A stretch of DNA of 64,000 nt. It comes from the human T2T-CHM13v2.0 reference genome, Homo sapiens. This document shows positions 13,107 to 26,396 of this stretch, one piece after another. The notes beneath the pieces were generated by a model. The model ran no database searches. It saw nothing but the letters and a program-made list of their open reading frames with translations, and was not told the origin of the DNA. The stretch lies in assembly GCF_009914755.1 (NCBI RefSeq), contig NC_060928.1. The stretch is one strand, 5' to 3'. The position numbers and the translations under genes are program-made. The number at the start of each line of letters is the position of its first letter. Within the stretch, counting starts at the first letter, position 1.

Positions 13107-13765
13107 AAAACATCAAACCAAATCCTCTGATGTTAAGGTGAAAACCAAGTGGTAGGTTATAGTATGGAAAGTAGACATCAAAACTATTAAATACATTTTG
13201 TATAAGATGCTTTCTGTGATGTCAATGTAGATGTAGGGAGATTCTCTGTAATCTATAAGCTTTACCTTTAAGTAGAATGAGAGCTATTAAAGGATCCACA
13301 CCAGTTTTTCAACTGACTGCCATAAAGTGTCTTAAAAATTATCTCATGCAAGATTCTTGATGTTAGGGGTAAGGAAGTTGAGACCCAGAGAGGGTAAAGT
13401 GATTTATACCAACTAATATAGCTATTTTATGGCAGAATCTTTACTATATAAAATGTTAATGTCATATGTGAAAATTGTCATAAAAATGACTGATTTATTG
13501 ATTATGAAAATCAGAAGTGTGGAATATGAATGTATACTAAATAAGAAAAACTCACCCTTCACAGCTTAGTGAAGGAATTTCATTTAAAAAATTAAATGAT
13601 AATTCAAATTATGTGTTAGAAGTTCAAAATCAAAATGTTATGTCCACAAATTCAGTATTCTTTCTGTTTATGTATATTTGATTTCCCGTAAGAAAGAATG
13701 ACATTTCTTCAATTCTAGAGGTCTGAGGTCAAATGTGTTTGGAAAATAAACTATCTTATATAAAT

Positions 13766-14190
13766 TGTATTGTTTGGATGTGTGTCCCTTCCAAATTTCA
13801 TGTAGCTAAGTGTGATCCTTTGTGTTGGAGCTAGGGGCTGCAGGAAGTGTGTCGTTCATGGGGGCAGATTCTTCATGAATTGCTTGGTGCCATCCTGGTG
13901 GCAATAAGTGAGCTCTCTTTCTGAATTTATACAAGTTCTACTTGTTAAAAGAGTACTGCACCTCTTCTCTCTCTCTTGTTTACTCTTTTACCCTGTGATA
14001 TGCTGGCTCCCTTCACCTTCTACCATGATTATAAGCTTCCTGAAGCCCTCACCAGAAGCTGAACTCATGCTTGTACGTCCTGCAAAACCGTGAGCCAAAT
14101 TAAACCTCTTTTCTCTATAAGTTATTTTATAGGTATTTCTACATAGCCTCAGGTATTCCTTTATAGCAATACAAAAATTGATTGATATAA
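13766..14190 (+). mobile_element. MSTB-like MaLR solo LTR
   Basis: gtttggatgtgtgtcccttccaaatttcatgt...gcttcctgaagccctcaccagaagc...cctcaggtattcctttatagcaatacaaaa. Confidence 0.8.
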
Positions 14191-14194
14191 CAAC

Positions 14195-14315
14195 ATTCTT
14201 GGAGATTCACATTATTTATCAATGTAGTAAAGCATTTGGGTAATCCAGCAGTGAAAATGTGTGTTTTACTTTGCATAGCCCAGTATTTCCCAAATATACT
14301 TGAACATGAAACATA
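14195..14315. mobile_element. hAT-Charlie (Charlie4-like) fragment
   Basis: ggagattcaca...ccagcagtgaaaat...cccagtatttcccaaatatacttga; recalled consensus only. Confidence 0.4.
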
Positions 14316-15437
14316 TTTTTCATAACACAGTTTATGTCATTCCACTAAATGATCATTTGGTGAAAAACAATCAATCTCATTTTTTATCATTATGCAATTG
14401 TTTGTTATCTATGTCAGTTTCCAGCTGAATAACACAGGACTGAAATCTGGACAACTTAATTTTTCTAATTGTTTAAACTTGTCTTAAGACATTTGGCAGT
14501 CAGTTTTGAACCACGATTTTTTAAAAAGCTATGTATGATTTCTATGTTATAATTTTTTTTACCAATTTTTATTTCCCTCATATGTTATGTGGTTCCCAGC
14601 CAAGCACACATTAGTGCATAATAGTAATTGAATAAATAAATTGCATGTGTTTTCTTAGGTCATTTTATTTTCCCTTCTTCCTTAAAATTTTTAACATCCT
14701 TTTAATATTTTTTTGCTACTGTACACATTCCTCTCTTAGTACTTTTTTATCCATAATTTTTGACTTATATTTTTTTCCTTTATTAAAAGGGTAAAGGCTA
14801 AAGCAACTGAACACAGAAGATCATAGAGGAGGATGATGTTTTTTCTGGGGAAGCAAAAAGAATTCATTTTAACCTCCACATTAAAGTTGTTCTTGAAGAC
14901 TCCAATCATTATTTTTCTTCATTAGTTAATTGAAGAAGTAGTAACTTGAAACATACATTCTAATGATTTTTTGCTTTCGTATACCTATAAAAATGAATGT
15001 CACTCTCTGTAAATCATATTTGAGTTATCCCAACTTAAAAACAGTTCTATTTAAAAGGTCTTGTTTGAGTAGAAGTGCAATTCGTGACTTTAATTATAGG
15101 CATGCACTTCATAGAAAATCTCTTTCTCTTGATAACTTTATTTTCTGTAGTCTTTCAAAATATAAATATTTTAAATCAAAACAAATAAGATACTGTGATA
15201 TTGATGATAAAAATAACACGTGGACAAAACCTAAAATGTGTTCACTATTTGAGCAAATTTTACAAAAGAAACATTTTATTGTTGGAAAATAATATTGCAT
15301 ATCTACAGTCAGCATTTAGCCACATAGCTAATGAAGAGATACTTAATTTTCTAAATATCGACTATCACTAAATAGTATACTTTGCTATATAAACAGTTTC
15401 CCAACTCTACAGTAGCTTGGAAACAGAAGATCACATT

Positions 15438-15690
15438 CATTAAGTGCTCAGTGTCTGGGACCAAACACTGGGGCCAAATCCTGGCTCTGGCACTCACTGC
15501 ATGACTCACAAAAAATTGCTTAGTTACTTTAGGCTATACTATATGTACCATAGTTTAGTTATTTAGTATTTATAAAGTAGAAATATAAATTTGCCTACCT
15601 CATAGACTTTTGAGAGTTAAGCTGGTTGATATTTATAGAAGACTTTGAATAGTGCCTGGTACATAGCTATCTCATAATACACCTTAGCTG
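15438..15690 (+). mobile_element. MIR SINE
   Basis: aaatcctggctctggcactcact...tataaagtagaaatataaat...cctacctcatag...gaatagtgcctggtacatag. Confidence 0.75.
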
Positions 15691-16304
15691 CTGGAGTACC
15701 ACCCAGCTAGTGGGGGAAATATTCAGAAAATAAAAAGGCTCCATTTAGAACCTAGCTCTTTCTTCATCTCTCCTTTTTATCTCCATCCTTTGTGCCTTTT
15801 CCTTAATATTCTACTCTTTTTCATCTTCATTGATTTTTCTTTCTTGTTTTCTTGAAATTCTCACATTAAAAAATAAATCACTAGTAAAGTAAATCATTAT
15901 TTAGAGTAAATGGTAAGAAAGGAAAACTTTCATAATTTAGAAATAAATATGCTATACAGTCTAAAAATTAATCAGGCTGGGAAGCAATACTAAATAAGTC
16001 AAAGAGATGGTAATGAAGACAGTATTCATAGCCCATTGTGAATAGTCACACAGAAAATGACTCAGACATCAAGTAATGGAAATAACAATTATACTTGATA
16101 GCTTACAGCAGCTAGGCATAAGCTGCAGTGCACTTGAACAGAGAAAAGCAACATCATTCAAAATCTGTGTACTTAAAAAACGTATAATATATGAAAAAGG
16201 AAAGTAGGAAAGGATGATATTTATACTAGAAACATTTGTGGAAAATATAGTTATCAAATCAAAAGAATTCAAATGTGGTTTATTGGCAAACTTGGAAACA
16301 ACTA

Positions 16305-16632
16305 CAGTAGTCTCCTCTTATCAGAGCAGGATATGTTCCATGACATTATGAGGATGCCTGAAGGCTCAGATGGTACCAAACTCTGTATACATTACAATTT
16401 TTCCTACACATACATACCTTTGATAAAGTTCAATTTATAAACTAGACACAGAGATTAACAATAATAACTAATAATACAATAAAATAATTATAACAATATA
16501 CTGTAATAAAAGTGATTTAGAAATTATGAATTGTTTATTTCTTATATTTTCCATTTAATGTTTTTAAATTGAGATTGATCAGAAGTTACTGAAACCTTAA
16601 AAAGCAAAGCTGTGGTTTAGGGGGCACTATTG
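16305..16632. mobile_element. MER44A (Tigger7-derived MITE), complete
   Basis: degenerate TIRs cagtagtctcctctta / tagggggcactattg; TA target duplication on both sides (16303-04, 16633-34); about 330 bp. Confidence 0.8.
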
Positions 16633-16819
16633 TACATACTGGAATAACATTTCATTTTATAAGACTATTGGTACTGTAATAATGTTTACAATACAGATGC
16701 AGGATAAATTAGTGTGAAGCACATATTAGAAAAGAGTAACTTGGAAACTAAAATATGATGGTATAATTGCAAAATAATACACATTGGAGTTTAAAGTATA
16801 AAAACAAAACATTAACAGT

Positions 16820-16980
16820 TCTTTTTTGATTGTTAGATTGAAAATATGTGTGATATATTGGATTAAATAAAATATTACTAAATTTAATTTTATTTGTATT
16901 TTTGTACTTTATAAAGATGGGGGCAACATAAAATGTGAATCACATAGGTGGCCCTCATTATATTTCGGTTGGGCAGAACT
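16820..16980. mobile_element. MER33-like hAT fragment
   Basis: gatatattggattaaataaaatattactaaatttaatttt...aatcacataggtggccctcattatattt. Confidence 0.55.
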
Positions 16981-17829
16981 AATGGAGATGGTGGTTTTAA
17001 AGCAATGATATATTCCTTCGTACTTTTGAAAAAAGTAAAAATGAATTTCTTGTTATGACAGAATTCAGACCTTTACTATAACAATCAAGAAACTAACCAA
17101 GGCTTCTACATATTATTAAGAGCTCAATAAGTTAATTACTTCTTACATTTTATTTCATCATTATTTATGTATATTATAATAACTGTGAACAACTTATATT
17201 TGAATTTTATCTCTATCACTTCCTAGTTCTCTGAGATCTTTAAACTTTTACTTTAAGCCAATAGTTTTAATCATTTAATGAAAAAAAAAAGCCTCTGTGC
17301 TATTTTATGATTGTAGGTTGAGAGTTTTAAATAATAATCCATATTTAGTTCATGGTAGGAAATATTATTAGCTGTTTTGTTGTAGTTGAAATTGATAGAA
17401 ACTTTGGGATTTTCTTTGCTCGTATGAATATGTGGAATGGCTGGCAGGGTGTATTTATGCCCTTCTGCTGTCTCCACCTGCAATGTTATAAAGGGCATAG
17501 CAGGGAACTCACCAGCTAGAGCATGTAGGTAAAGCTATTTTACATTCATCTTCCCTTCAGAAAGAAATATTGAAATGTCAGTTGTTGTGCTGCCTGATAC
17601 ACTGTGAAATCATTTACTGTCCGTTGGGATTACAAGACCTGGTGATGTGTTGCCTTTTCTGAACATGACTTCGCTGAGAGAGCTGCTGCAACATGGCCAT
17701 CTGTTTGGGTATTGCAGCTGTGATGTATTTCAAAGCATATCTTCCTTTTTCTCTATTTTTCAACACAGGCATTTTAAATCCATAGACCAATGTTTTAAAA
17801 TGTTTTTTCTCAGAGCATCCAACTCAAGA

Positions 17830-18000
17830 GAGCAATGGATTTAGAGTCAGGAGACCTAGTTTCTATACCAGGCTTGGCCACTAATGAGTTCTGTGACTTT
17901 GGAAAAACTGTCTAATTCCTTCTACCCTTAACTTTTTCATTTACACATCAAAGAGTTTGAATGGAATATTTTTAAACATCTGTTTCAAATATAATTTTCT
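17830..18000 (+). mobile_element. MIR3/MIR SINE
   Basis: ggatttagagtcaggagacctagtttcta...ggccactaatgagttctgtgactttggaaaa. Confidence 0.65.
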
Positions 18001-18094
18001 AAAATGTTTTATCATTCTTGAAATGAAACTATTGTTATGATTTTTATGCTATTTTCCTGATGTTACATACTTATTTTATGTCACTGTAACTTAA

Positions 18095-18570
18095 TGATTC
18101 ATTCAACAGTTATTTGAGATTCTACTTTTAATATGGTTCTAGGTGTTAGAAAAACAATAATAAAAAATACAGGCTTATGGATCTTGCAGTTTGGTGGGAG
18201 AAAGAAACATTAATCAAATATGTATACCCACATATTCATGCAAACACGTGATTATGATAGTGACAAGTACCATAAAAACATAAAATTCAGTGATATGAGA
18301 GTGAAATACAAGTATGTGTCTTTCTTGGGAAAGTTAAATAGTGTATATAGTTGTATAATCAAATATTACGTATTTTTCTTTTAGAATATCATAAATAGTT
18401 AAGATACTATTTAATAAATTAAACAAAATAGTAAATAATATACAATTTATTCAAGTACATGTCTTATTATGTACCAGGCATTACTTGTATACAATTTTAC
18501 AGTGATAAATAAATCCTTCCTGAAGCTTACAGTGTAGTTAAAAAGACAATAGTAGATAATCAAGAGAGTT
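18095..18570 (-). mobile_element. L2 3'-end fragments
   Basis: attcattcaacagttatttgag and tttattcaagtacatgtcttattatgtaccaggca are typical L2 tail sequence. Confidence 0.55.
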
Positions 18571-18737
18571 CTGTTTCCCAGCAAGATGTAGAAAGCAAGA
18601 GAATGTTAGTGTGACCCCCATCCTAACAGTGAAAAAAAGTACAATTTTCTTGAACCTATGAAAGAGCTATTGTTTCAGCACGATCAAGGGAACTGAATTT
18701 TGAGTGGCAAAACCCTCCCAGGAGAAAAGGGAAAATA

Positions 18738-19099
<362 letters not shown>

Positions 19100-19557
19100 T
19101 CAATAGAATCATGTGAAAAGAAATTGGTTAAAAGGTGATGAATTACTAAAGATGAAGTTGGGCTATCAGTTTAGATACCTGGGAGCAACAGACACACTGG
19201 AGTTCTTCACAGGCCACCTGAAGATGCTCACTAGAGAGATTGGCAGGGCTGAACACGGGATTAAGCTCCGTTGGTGGTATAGGCATGTATGGCATGATTT
19301 CTGGTCATGCTTCCTGCTCTTCGGTACCCTCCTCTCAAAGTAATCCAAATCCTTGAGCCACTGAGGTGACCTTCATGGGAGTAATAGGGGCAAAATTTGT
19401 CGGTACCTGGGGGAAGGATTGGGAATTCCCGTTGTAGATGCCCTAAATCAGGAAAATGTCTACAACTTCAAGAAGGGCAAAAGTCCTTTCATCTAGAAAA
19501 GGTCTAGGAAAACTTCTGGACCTTGGGTCCTGCACCATTAAAAACTAGAGTTTTACC

Positions 19558-19746
19558 TGTGCACCTGTAGTCCCAGTTACCCTGGAGGCTGAGGCTGAAG
19601 GATCGCTTGAGCCCATGGGTAGAAGGCTACAGTGTGCTATGATTGCACCAGTGAATAGCCACTGCATTTCAAACTGGGCAAAATAGCGAGACCCCTTTCT
19701 CTAAAAATAAATAGATAAATAGATAGATAAATAGGTAGATAGATAG
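19558..19746 (+). mobile_element. FAM (fossil Alu monomer) with ATAG-repeat tail
   Basis: retains the 7SL-derived gtgaatagccactgca segment that dimeric Alus lack; tail 19703-19746 has degenerated to (ATAG)n. Confidence 0.8.
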
Positions 19747-20216
19747 TTAAACTTCTAAAACATAAAATCTTCTAAATAGATTAAAATTTTAAAACAACAA
19801 CAACATCAAAATCAGAGGTCTGATACTTTTAGAGAGGGACAGGGAACTTTCTTCCTCCTAAAACCCACCAAAGATGGAAAATCAGTTTGCTGTCACAAAA
19901 AGGAATGCCAGAAATACTAACAACACGCTATCCATCTACAAGACCCAGGTGCACAGACCTTTACTAAGACTGAGGATGGACCTAATGAACTGTCACCATT
20001 ATAAGCCGAGCATGGAGTAACACCTTAGAGCCCTCTACTGCTGCAGAGCACAGCATAAAAAAAGACTGTACCTCTGTGAAAGATAAGATCTGTGCAGAGA
20101 CAAATGAAAGCTGAAGGTAAAACAGGAATACAGACAAAATCCTCCAGCCACCTCAGATCTAACACTAGGCATGGATAACCATAACCTGCTATTTGAAGAT
20201 TTGGAGCCAGTAGTAT

Positions 20217-20604
20217 TGTCAATAGACTGAAGGTTCCCTCCACCACCACCCCACTCCCACATTCCCTGTCCTAGGTTAATTTGCTGGAATTCTAACCCTG
20301 AGTGTGATGGAATTGGATGGAGGTGGGACCTTAGGGAGGTGATTAGGTCATGAGGGTGGAGCCGTCATGAATGGGATTCGTGCCCTCATGAAAGGGACCT
20401 CAGAGAACTCCTTCACCCTTCCTGCCCTGCAAAGACACTGAAAGATTTATGAACCAGGAAGCAGGCCCTCACCAGACATTAAATCTGCCAGTGCCTTGAT
20501 TTTGGATTTCATAGCCTCCAGAACTATATAAATAATGTTTTGTTTTGTTTGTAAGCCACCCAGTCTATGCTAACTAGTTATAGCAGCCCAAATGAACTAA
20601 GGCA
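20217..20604 (+). mobile_element. MLT1A/MLT1A0 solo LTR
   Basis: gggaggtgattaggtcatgagggtggagcc...gaaccaggaagcaggccctcaccagac...ttatagcagcccaaatgaactaaggca. Confidence 0.85.
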
Positions 20605-20639
20605 GTATATGACCAGAAGGGATGGTGCCACTTCTAATA

Positions 20640-21800
20640 ATGGGCCATAAAAATTTCTCATTAATGTTTCTCCAGTTTCTTTCTCCTTCTACTATCTTGA
20701 GGCAAATGTGCACAGTGACATGTTAAAAAAACATGGAAGGAGCTTTGTGTGTGGCCATTTCTTAGTAAAGAAGAACCAATAAATTGAGGGCACAAATTGA
20801 ACTTTATATAAGCTAAATTCCTATTATGATTGAGCCATTACATATTTTTGTTTGTTATTGAATGGTAGCATTTCCTTAATTAATGTAGACATGATACTTT
20901 GGACTGATGTAATTCTATAGTATACTCATAGGCTACATAGGATTGGATCAGCAATTAGTAATTTCTAAGAAATCGACATTAGAGTTTAGAAAGATGTAGT
21001 CTTTGTGTGTACTGGCAATAAATTTATTAAAGCTGTTGCCCTTGATGACTTAGATTGGCTACATGCTTCCTAACTCTGTAGTTCTAAGCAATGTGACAAC
21101 TAAAATTACAGTGTGTATTGGCTTGTATTTTCTGCTTCCAGTAAGATATTTCACGGAGACTTACAAAAATTTGAAAAAATCTGGCTGCATCTGGACTATC
21201 AACACTTAGATTTGAGCAACAGATTGTTTCAGGAAAACAAAATAACTGTCCTCGTGCAAATTTCAGATTAAGTTATTCTAACCTAAGTAAGCCTATTATT
21301 TTAGATGACCTGAAGGCATTCAAACATGTTCATCATGGGAGAAAGAGAGAGAGGAAGATTAACCTAAAAATACAAATAAATACAGCAGGCTTTAGGATCA
21401 CAATTAGAAAATAATTTTGCTTGCAGCTAGATGTTTCCCAGTGCATAGATGGACAGGAAGCAAATAGATTAGAAGCTCAACAAAATTTGAAGAGCTGTCT
21501 GTAAAGAAATTAAAGTCGAATTTTAAAAATAACTTTGTTTACCTGAAGCTTAAGTCAAACCTCAGCCTCCAAACTTTAACTAGTAAAATGTGAACTATAG
21601 CAACTGTGCCTCACCCAAAGAATGCATTTCAAATACGTGCGCAGAAAATAATGAAAATGAAACAGTCTCAGAGGATGGAGTTAGAGGTCTTTAGTGTATA
21701 GTGTATGGTGTGTTAAACAGAGAAGAATTAGCATCCAATCATCCTAGGATTGAAAATGTTTCCATTTTAAGTTTAATATAAATGTATTATTTCTATGGTC
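20640..21800 (+). mobile_element. old MLT1 LTR 3' part followed by probable MLT1 internal sequence
   Basis: weak similarity only (tgagccattacatatttttgtttgttat; gtattggcttgtattttctgct). Confidence 0.35.
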
Positions 21801-22639
21801 CAATGACTTTCTTTTGTTTCTTTTTTATTTTAAAAATTTATATTATTTTAATTGACAAGTTATAATAGTATTATATTCATGAAGTTCAATGTAATGTTTT
21901 GATATATGTATAGAATGTAGAATAATTAAATTGAACTAATTAATCTAATTTTCTATGGGTCTGAATTCTATCTGGCATATGAGCACAATCTTAGCTTCTA
22001 CCTTCTATTATTTACCATCATGTTATTTAAATGTTTTGGAATCACAATATTTTAGATATTTCTCTTTTCTGTGTAGAGCTGGGTTTTTGATATGGTGTCC
22101 AAACTACAAATATTTTCCCTTTTGTGGGTTAATTAAGCTAATGAGCTATCTTATTAAGCTATGTTACAGTTTATAATATGTGGATGAACTGCGATTGGAA
22201 TGTTTTCTTACCTTTATTTTAAGCATTACTTTTTTAGTTTTAGAAATTAATTTTCATAATTTTTGTAATGTTGTCTCTCCTTTTATTGCATTAACTTCTA
22301 CTATTTGGATTATTAGGGAAAATTTTACATGATTTCTTTGATTCCCTACTATCAGGGAGAATATGCGATTTCTTCTTTCCCTTTAAGTTTATCCAAATTT
22401 TGCTATAGTATTTTTATTTTTTCAGAATAAATACTATTTACATACTATTCCTAAAGTTGTTCCTGATTTTATAAATGTATTAATACATTCAACACAGTTT
22501 CTATCTGCCTTGTCATAGATTAATAGGATATATCTTGTCTTTACTAGATTCTTGAGAAAAGACCTTTAGAATAGTATTTTATGAGTTAGTGTTTATTTAC
22601 TTAGTTTACTAAAACTTAGTTGTAGATACAGCTTACATT

Positions 22640-23870
22640 AATTGCCAAATCTAATGTCAGAAAGGTTTCTCCTATGTTTTCTTCTAATTGTATAGTTTAG
22701 CTCTTACATTTAGGCCTTTAATCTATTTTGAGTTAATTAATCACATATGGTGTGAGGTTAGGGCACAACTTTATTCTTTTGCACGTGAATATCCAGTTTT
22801 CTTAACATCATTGGTTAAAAATATTTGTCCTTTCACCATTAAATATTATTGGCAGTCTTGTCTAAAATCATTTGGCCACGTATTTGAGGGGTTATTTCTG
22901 GGTTTGGTATTCTATTCCATTGGTCTATATTTACCCCATAACACACCTTTTTGATTACTATAATTTTGTTTTACATCTGAAATCAGGACGAATAAGACCT
23001 CCTACTTTGTTCTATTTTTCAACGTTGTTTTTCTCCATAGGATCCTTGAGACACCATATTAATTTTATTTTTTTCCTTCTTCAAAAAATTTATTTGGAAT
23101 TGCGATAGGGATCGTGTTGACTCTGTAAGTCACTTTCAATTGTATCAGCATGTTAATATTTAGTCTTTCAAGCTACGAATACATAATATATTTCCACTTA
23201 ATGCCTTTAATTTTTTCAACAACAGTTTGTAATTTTCATTGTACAAGGCTTTTGCCTCCTTGGTTAAATTTATTCCTCAGTATTTTATTCTTTCTGATGC
23301 TATAGTAAATGGGATTATTCATTGTTAGTGTATAAAAATGAAACTGATTTTTGAGTGTTAATTTTGTATTCTGTAACACTGCTGAATTTGTTCATAAGCT
23401 CTAACAGTTGTTTTCTCTTTTGTTTATTTTGTAGTGGAATCTTTTGGGGTTTCTATATATTAAATCATGTCACCTGTCAAACAGAGATAATTTTAGTTAT
23501 TCTTTACAATTTGTATGCCCTCCGTTTATGTTTCTTACCTAATTACTCTATCTAGGACTTCTAGTATTATGTTGAATAGAAGCATTGATAGTGGGCATCC
23601 TTGTCTGTTTGAAATCTTTGAGAAAAAGCTTCAGTCTGCCATCACAGAGTAAGATGTTAATTGTGGGTGTTTCATATATGACCTTTATTATGTTGAAGTA
23701 GTTTATTTTTTCTTTTCCTAGCTCGTTGAGTGTTTTTTTTCTCCCTGAAGGGATGTTGAATTTTGTCAAATGTTTTTTTCTGCATCAATTGAGATGATAA
23801 TGTATAATTTTTTCTTATTCTCTTATTGTGGTTTATTATAATGATTTATTTTCTGATGTTTAACCATTCT
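22640..23870 (-). mobile_element. L1MB-like ORF2 fragment
   Basis: ctaggacttctagtattatgttgaatagaagc...gggcatccttgtct; the minus-strand ORF 23548-23769 is L1 RT-like (NIIKVIYETPTINILL). Confidence 0.85.
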
Positions 23871-24898
23871 GAGATCTAAGCCATGCATCTTTTGGTTATC
23901 TGAGCTCTCAAATTAGGCAACACAGAAATCAATCCCTCAACAGTCACAGCCAGTTTAACACTGAAGATTAGGTCTGCTCTGTTGTCTCTCAGGATTGAGG
24001 ATGTTAACTGAGGACCTCTGCTTCCTTAAACTACAGCGTTCTAGGGAGTGGGTGGGATGAGAGAAAGCAAAAATACCACACGATTTTCTACTATTTTAAA
24101 TATAGTCTTTTGTTTGATTGGACATTTGCTTAATTTTTTTAGATCTTTGATTTATGGATCTCCTGTAAAGTTATTCTGGCCATGCTAGTTGGTTTTTTAA
24201 AAAACGTTTCTGTGGTGGAAACAAGGGCTTAGAAGCTTCCTAAAATCAGCTGTCTTATTGATTGAGTGTCTCCAAAGCTTAGGTTGCTGAAAAGTAGTTT
24301 TACTTAAATCCGTGGACATCCCTAACTTCTCTTAAATTTCTTCACAATATTGCCTCACTACCACTTGGTTTACATGTTACTATATACATACTCCTTATAT
24401 TTTTTCTTTGTGACTTTGTCTTTTTACTAGGAAGATCAATGATTATCTATACTTTCAAGTCTAATAGACAAAAATGCCTACAAGTTAGTAAATCTAATTC
24501 AATTTTATGAGATATGAGTGCACACTTTCAAAATGTTGACTCAAGTCATCTTTCTAGAGACTTTTCTCTCATTATAATTTCAAATACTAGTTCTGTTTTA
24601 TTGTGGTGACTTTCTGATTCAGAGATTCAAATCATGCAATGGGTCTTTATTGCCTACATTCTAAATCTATTGCTTTTGTTCATTCATTTTTATCTTTTAT
24701 GTTGTTGGTGTGATCTTCTTTGCTTTTACTCCTTCCCTCAAATTCCCTTTTTATTCTGAGATCTAAGCCATGCTAAATAATTACCATGGCTAATTATTTA
24801 TCCCTTGAGAATTTTTAGATTCAGTCTTTGTTTATAGATATTTTTGTCTTTTCTCTGAATTTCATGCCTCAGGTCAGGCAACTTGATTTCAAATTTTC

Positions 24899-24928
24899 GT
24901 GTGTGTGTGTGTGCGTGTGTGTGTGTGT
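24899..24928 (+). repeat. (GT)n microsatellite, one interruption
   Basis: directly visible. Confidence 0.9.
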
Positions 24929-24939
24929 TTCTGTTTTAT

Positions 24940-25260
24940 AGTTTTATTGAGAAATAATCTATGTACTACGTAATTCAACAATGTAAAGAGTATGATTGAA
25001 TGATTTTTAGGATATTCACAGAATTCTGCAACCATCACCATAATCTAAATCTAAACCATTTTTTATCACCCAGAATGAAACCTGTGCCCATTAGCACACA
25101 CTTCCCATGCACCCCTCTAGCCCTTAGCAACCACTAATCTACCTTCTGTCTCTATAGATTTGCCTATTCTGGGCATTTAAAATAAATGGAAACATAAAAT
25201 ATGTTGTTCTTTTGTGACTGGCTTCTTTTACTTAGCATGTTATTTTTTAGATTAATTCAC
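24940..25260 (-). mobile_element. L1MB7/8-like 3' end
   Basis: tattcacagaattctgcaaccatcacca...agcaaccactaatctaccttctgtctctatagatttgcctattctgg. Confidence 0.8.
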
Positions 25261-26114
25261 ATTTCCCGCTTTGTGGCTTGTTTCTGGTCCATTTAAATTC
25301 TAGGATGTTGACTTTCTGATTCATAACATTCTTTCATTTTTCCCATTGCTTATTTAATGTTATTTAATTTATGTTTGAGAGCTGTATTATAATTTTCTTC
25401 TGCTTCATAATTGTTGTTGGTATGTATTTTCATCTGCTAAAAAGTTTTGACACTTTCTGCTTTCTTGTAGTAAATTTAAAGTGGATGCCATGTGAATTTT
25501 TGTGTGTTTTTTAAGTACCTTTTATTTTTCTGAAACAGTAATTATAGTTAATTACATGCAGATGAGGCTGAGTGGTTTGAATGGCTTACTAAGATTGTTA
25601 TTCAAGCTTACTACATTCTGTTGGTACAATTAAGTGAAGTTTTTTTACTAATTGTTGTCTTTCTCCTTTGTGTGTTTTGAATATCGGAGAGGTAGAGTTG
25701 CTTCTGATATGATATTTTTGTTTGTTTTGAAGATTCCATATTTTTCATTGTTTTTTTTTCTCTTCCTTTGTCCCCCAGCTCCTAAATAATGCCTCCCCTT
25801 CATGTGGACTCTATCATCCATTGCAAAGTCATACTTTTTCACTTCTTTACCTCTGACCCTACATACGTTCTAGCCTCTTCTTTTCAATTCCCTAAGAGAC
25901 ATTTTTTTTGATGCACAGATACTTGACATGTTCTAATTTTTCTGTTAGAGTGAAACTTTCTCTTTCAAGGATGCTCTTTTCTGTGTTCTTCTACTGCTAA
26001 GACTGTTGCAAAGTCCTCTATGTCATGGATATTTTTTATGTTTCTCTACTTAGAAAAGACCACAAAATAGGCTATATTGGTTGTAGATGTTTATGTAAAT
26101 TGGAGATTTTATAA

Positions 26115-26396
26115 TTTTTTTTTTTTTTTTGAGATGGAGTCTTGCTCTGTCGCCCAGGCTGGAGTGCAGTGGTGTGATCTCTGCCTCCCAGGTACAAGCA
26201 ATTCTCCTGTCTCAGCCTCCCGAGTAGCTGGGACTACAGGCGCCTGCCACCACGCCCAGCTAATTTTTGTATTTTTAGTGGAGGCAGGGTTTCACCTTGT
26301 TGGTGAGGCTGGTCTCGAACTCCTGACTTCAGGTGATCCACCCACCTCAGCCTCCCAAAGTGCTGGGATTACAGGCATGAGCCACCGTGCCCGGCC
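26115..26396 (-). mobile_element. AluS (Sx-like) with a short internal deletion
   Basis: poly-T to ...ccggcc; the ggctcactgcaacctc segment is missing near 26180. Confidence 0.92.

Noticed and set aside
14963-15315. Overlapping 109-aa and 68-aa ORFs in unique sequence
   Set aside because: AT-rich codon composition, no recognisable domain or splice context
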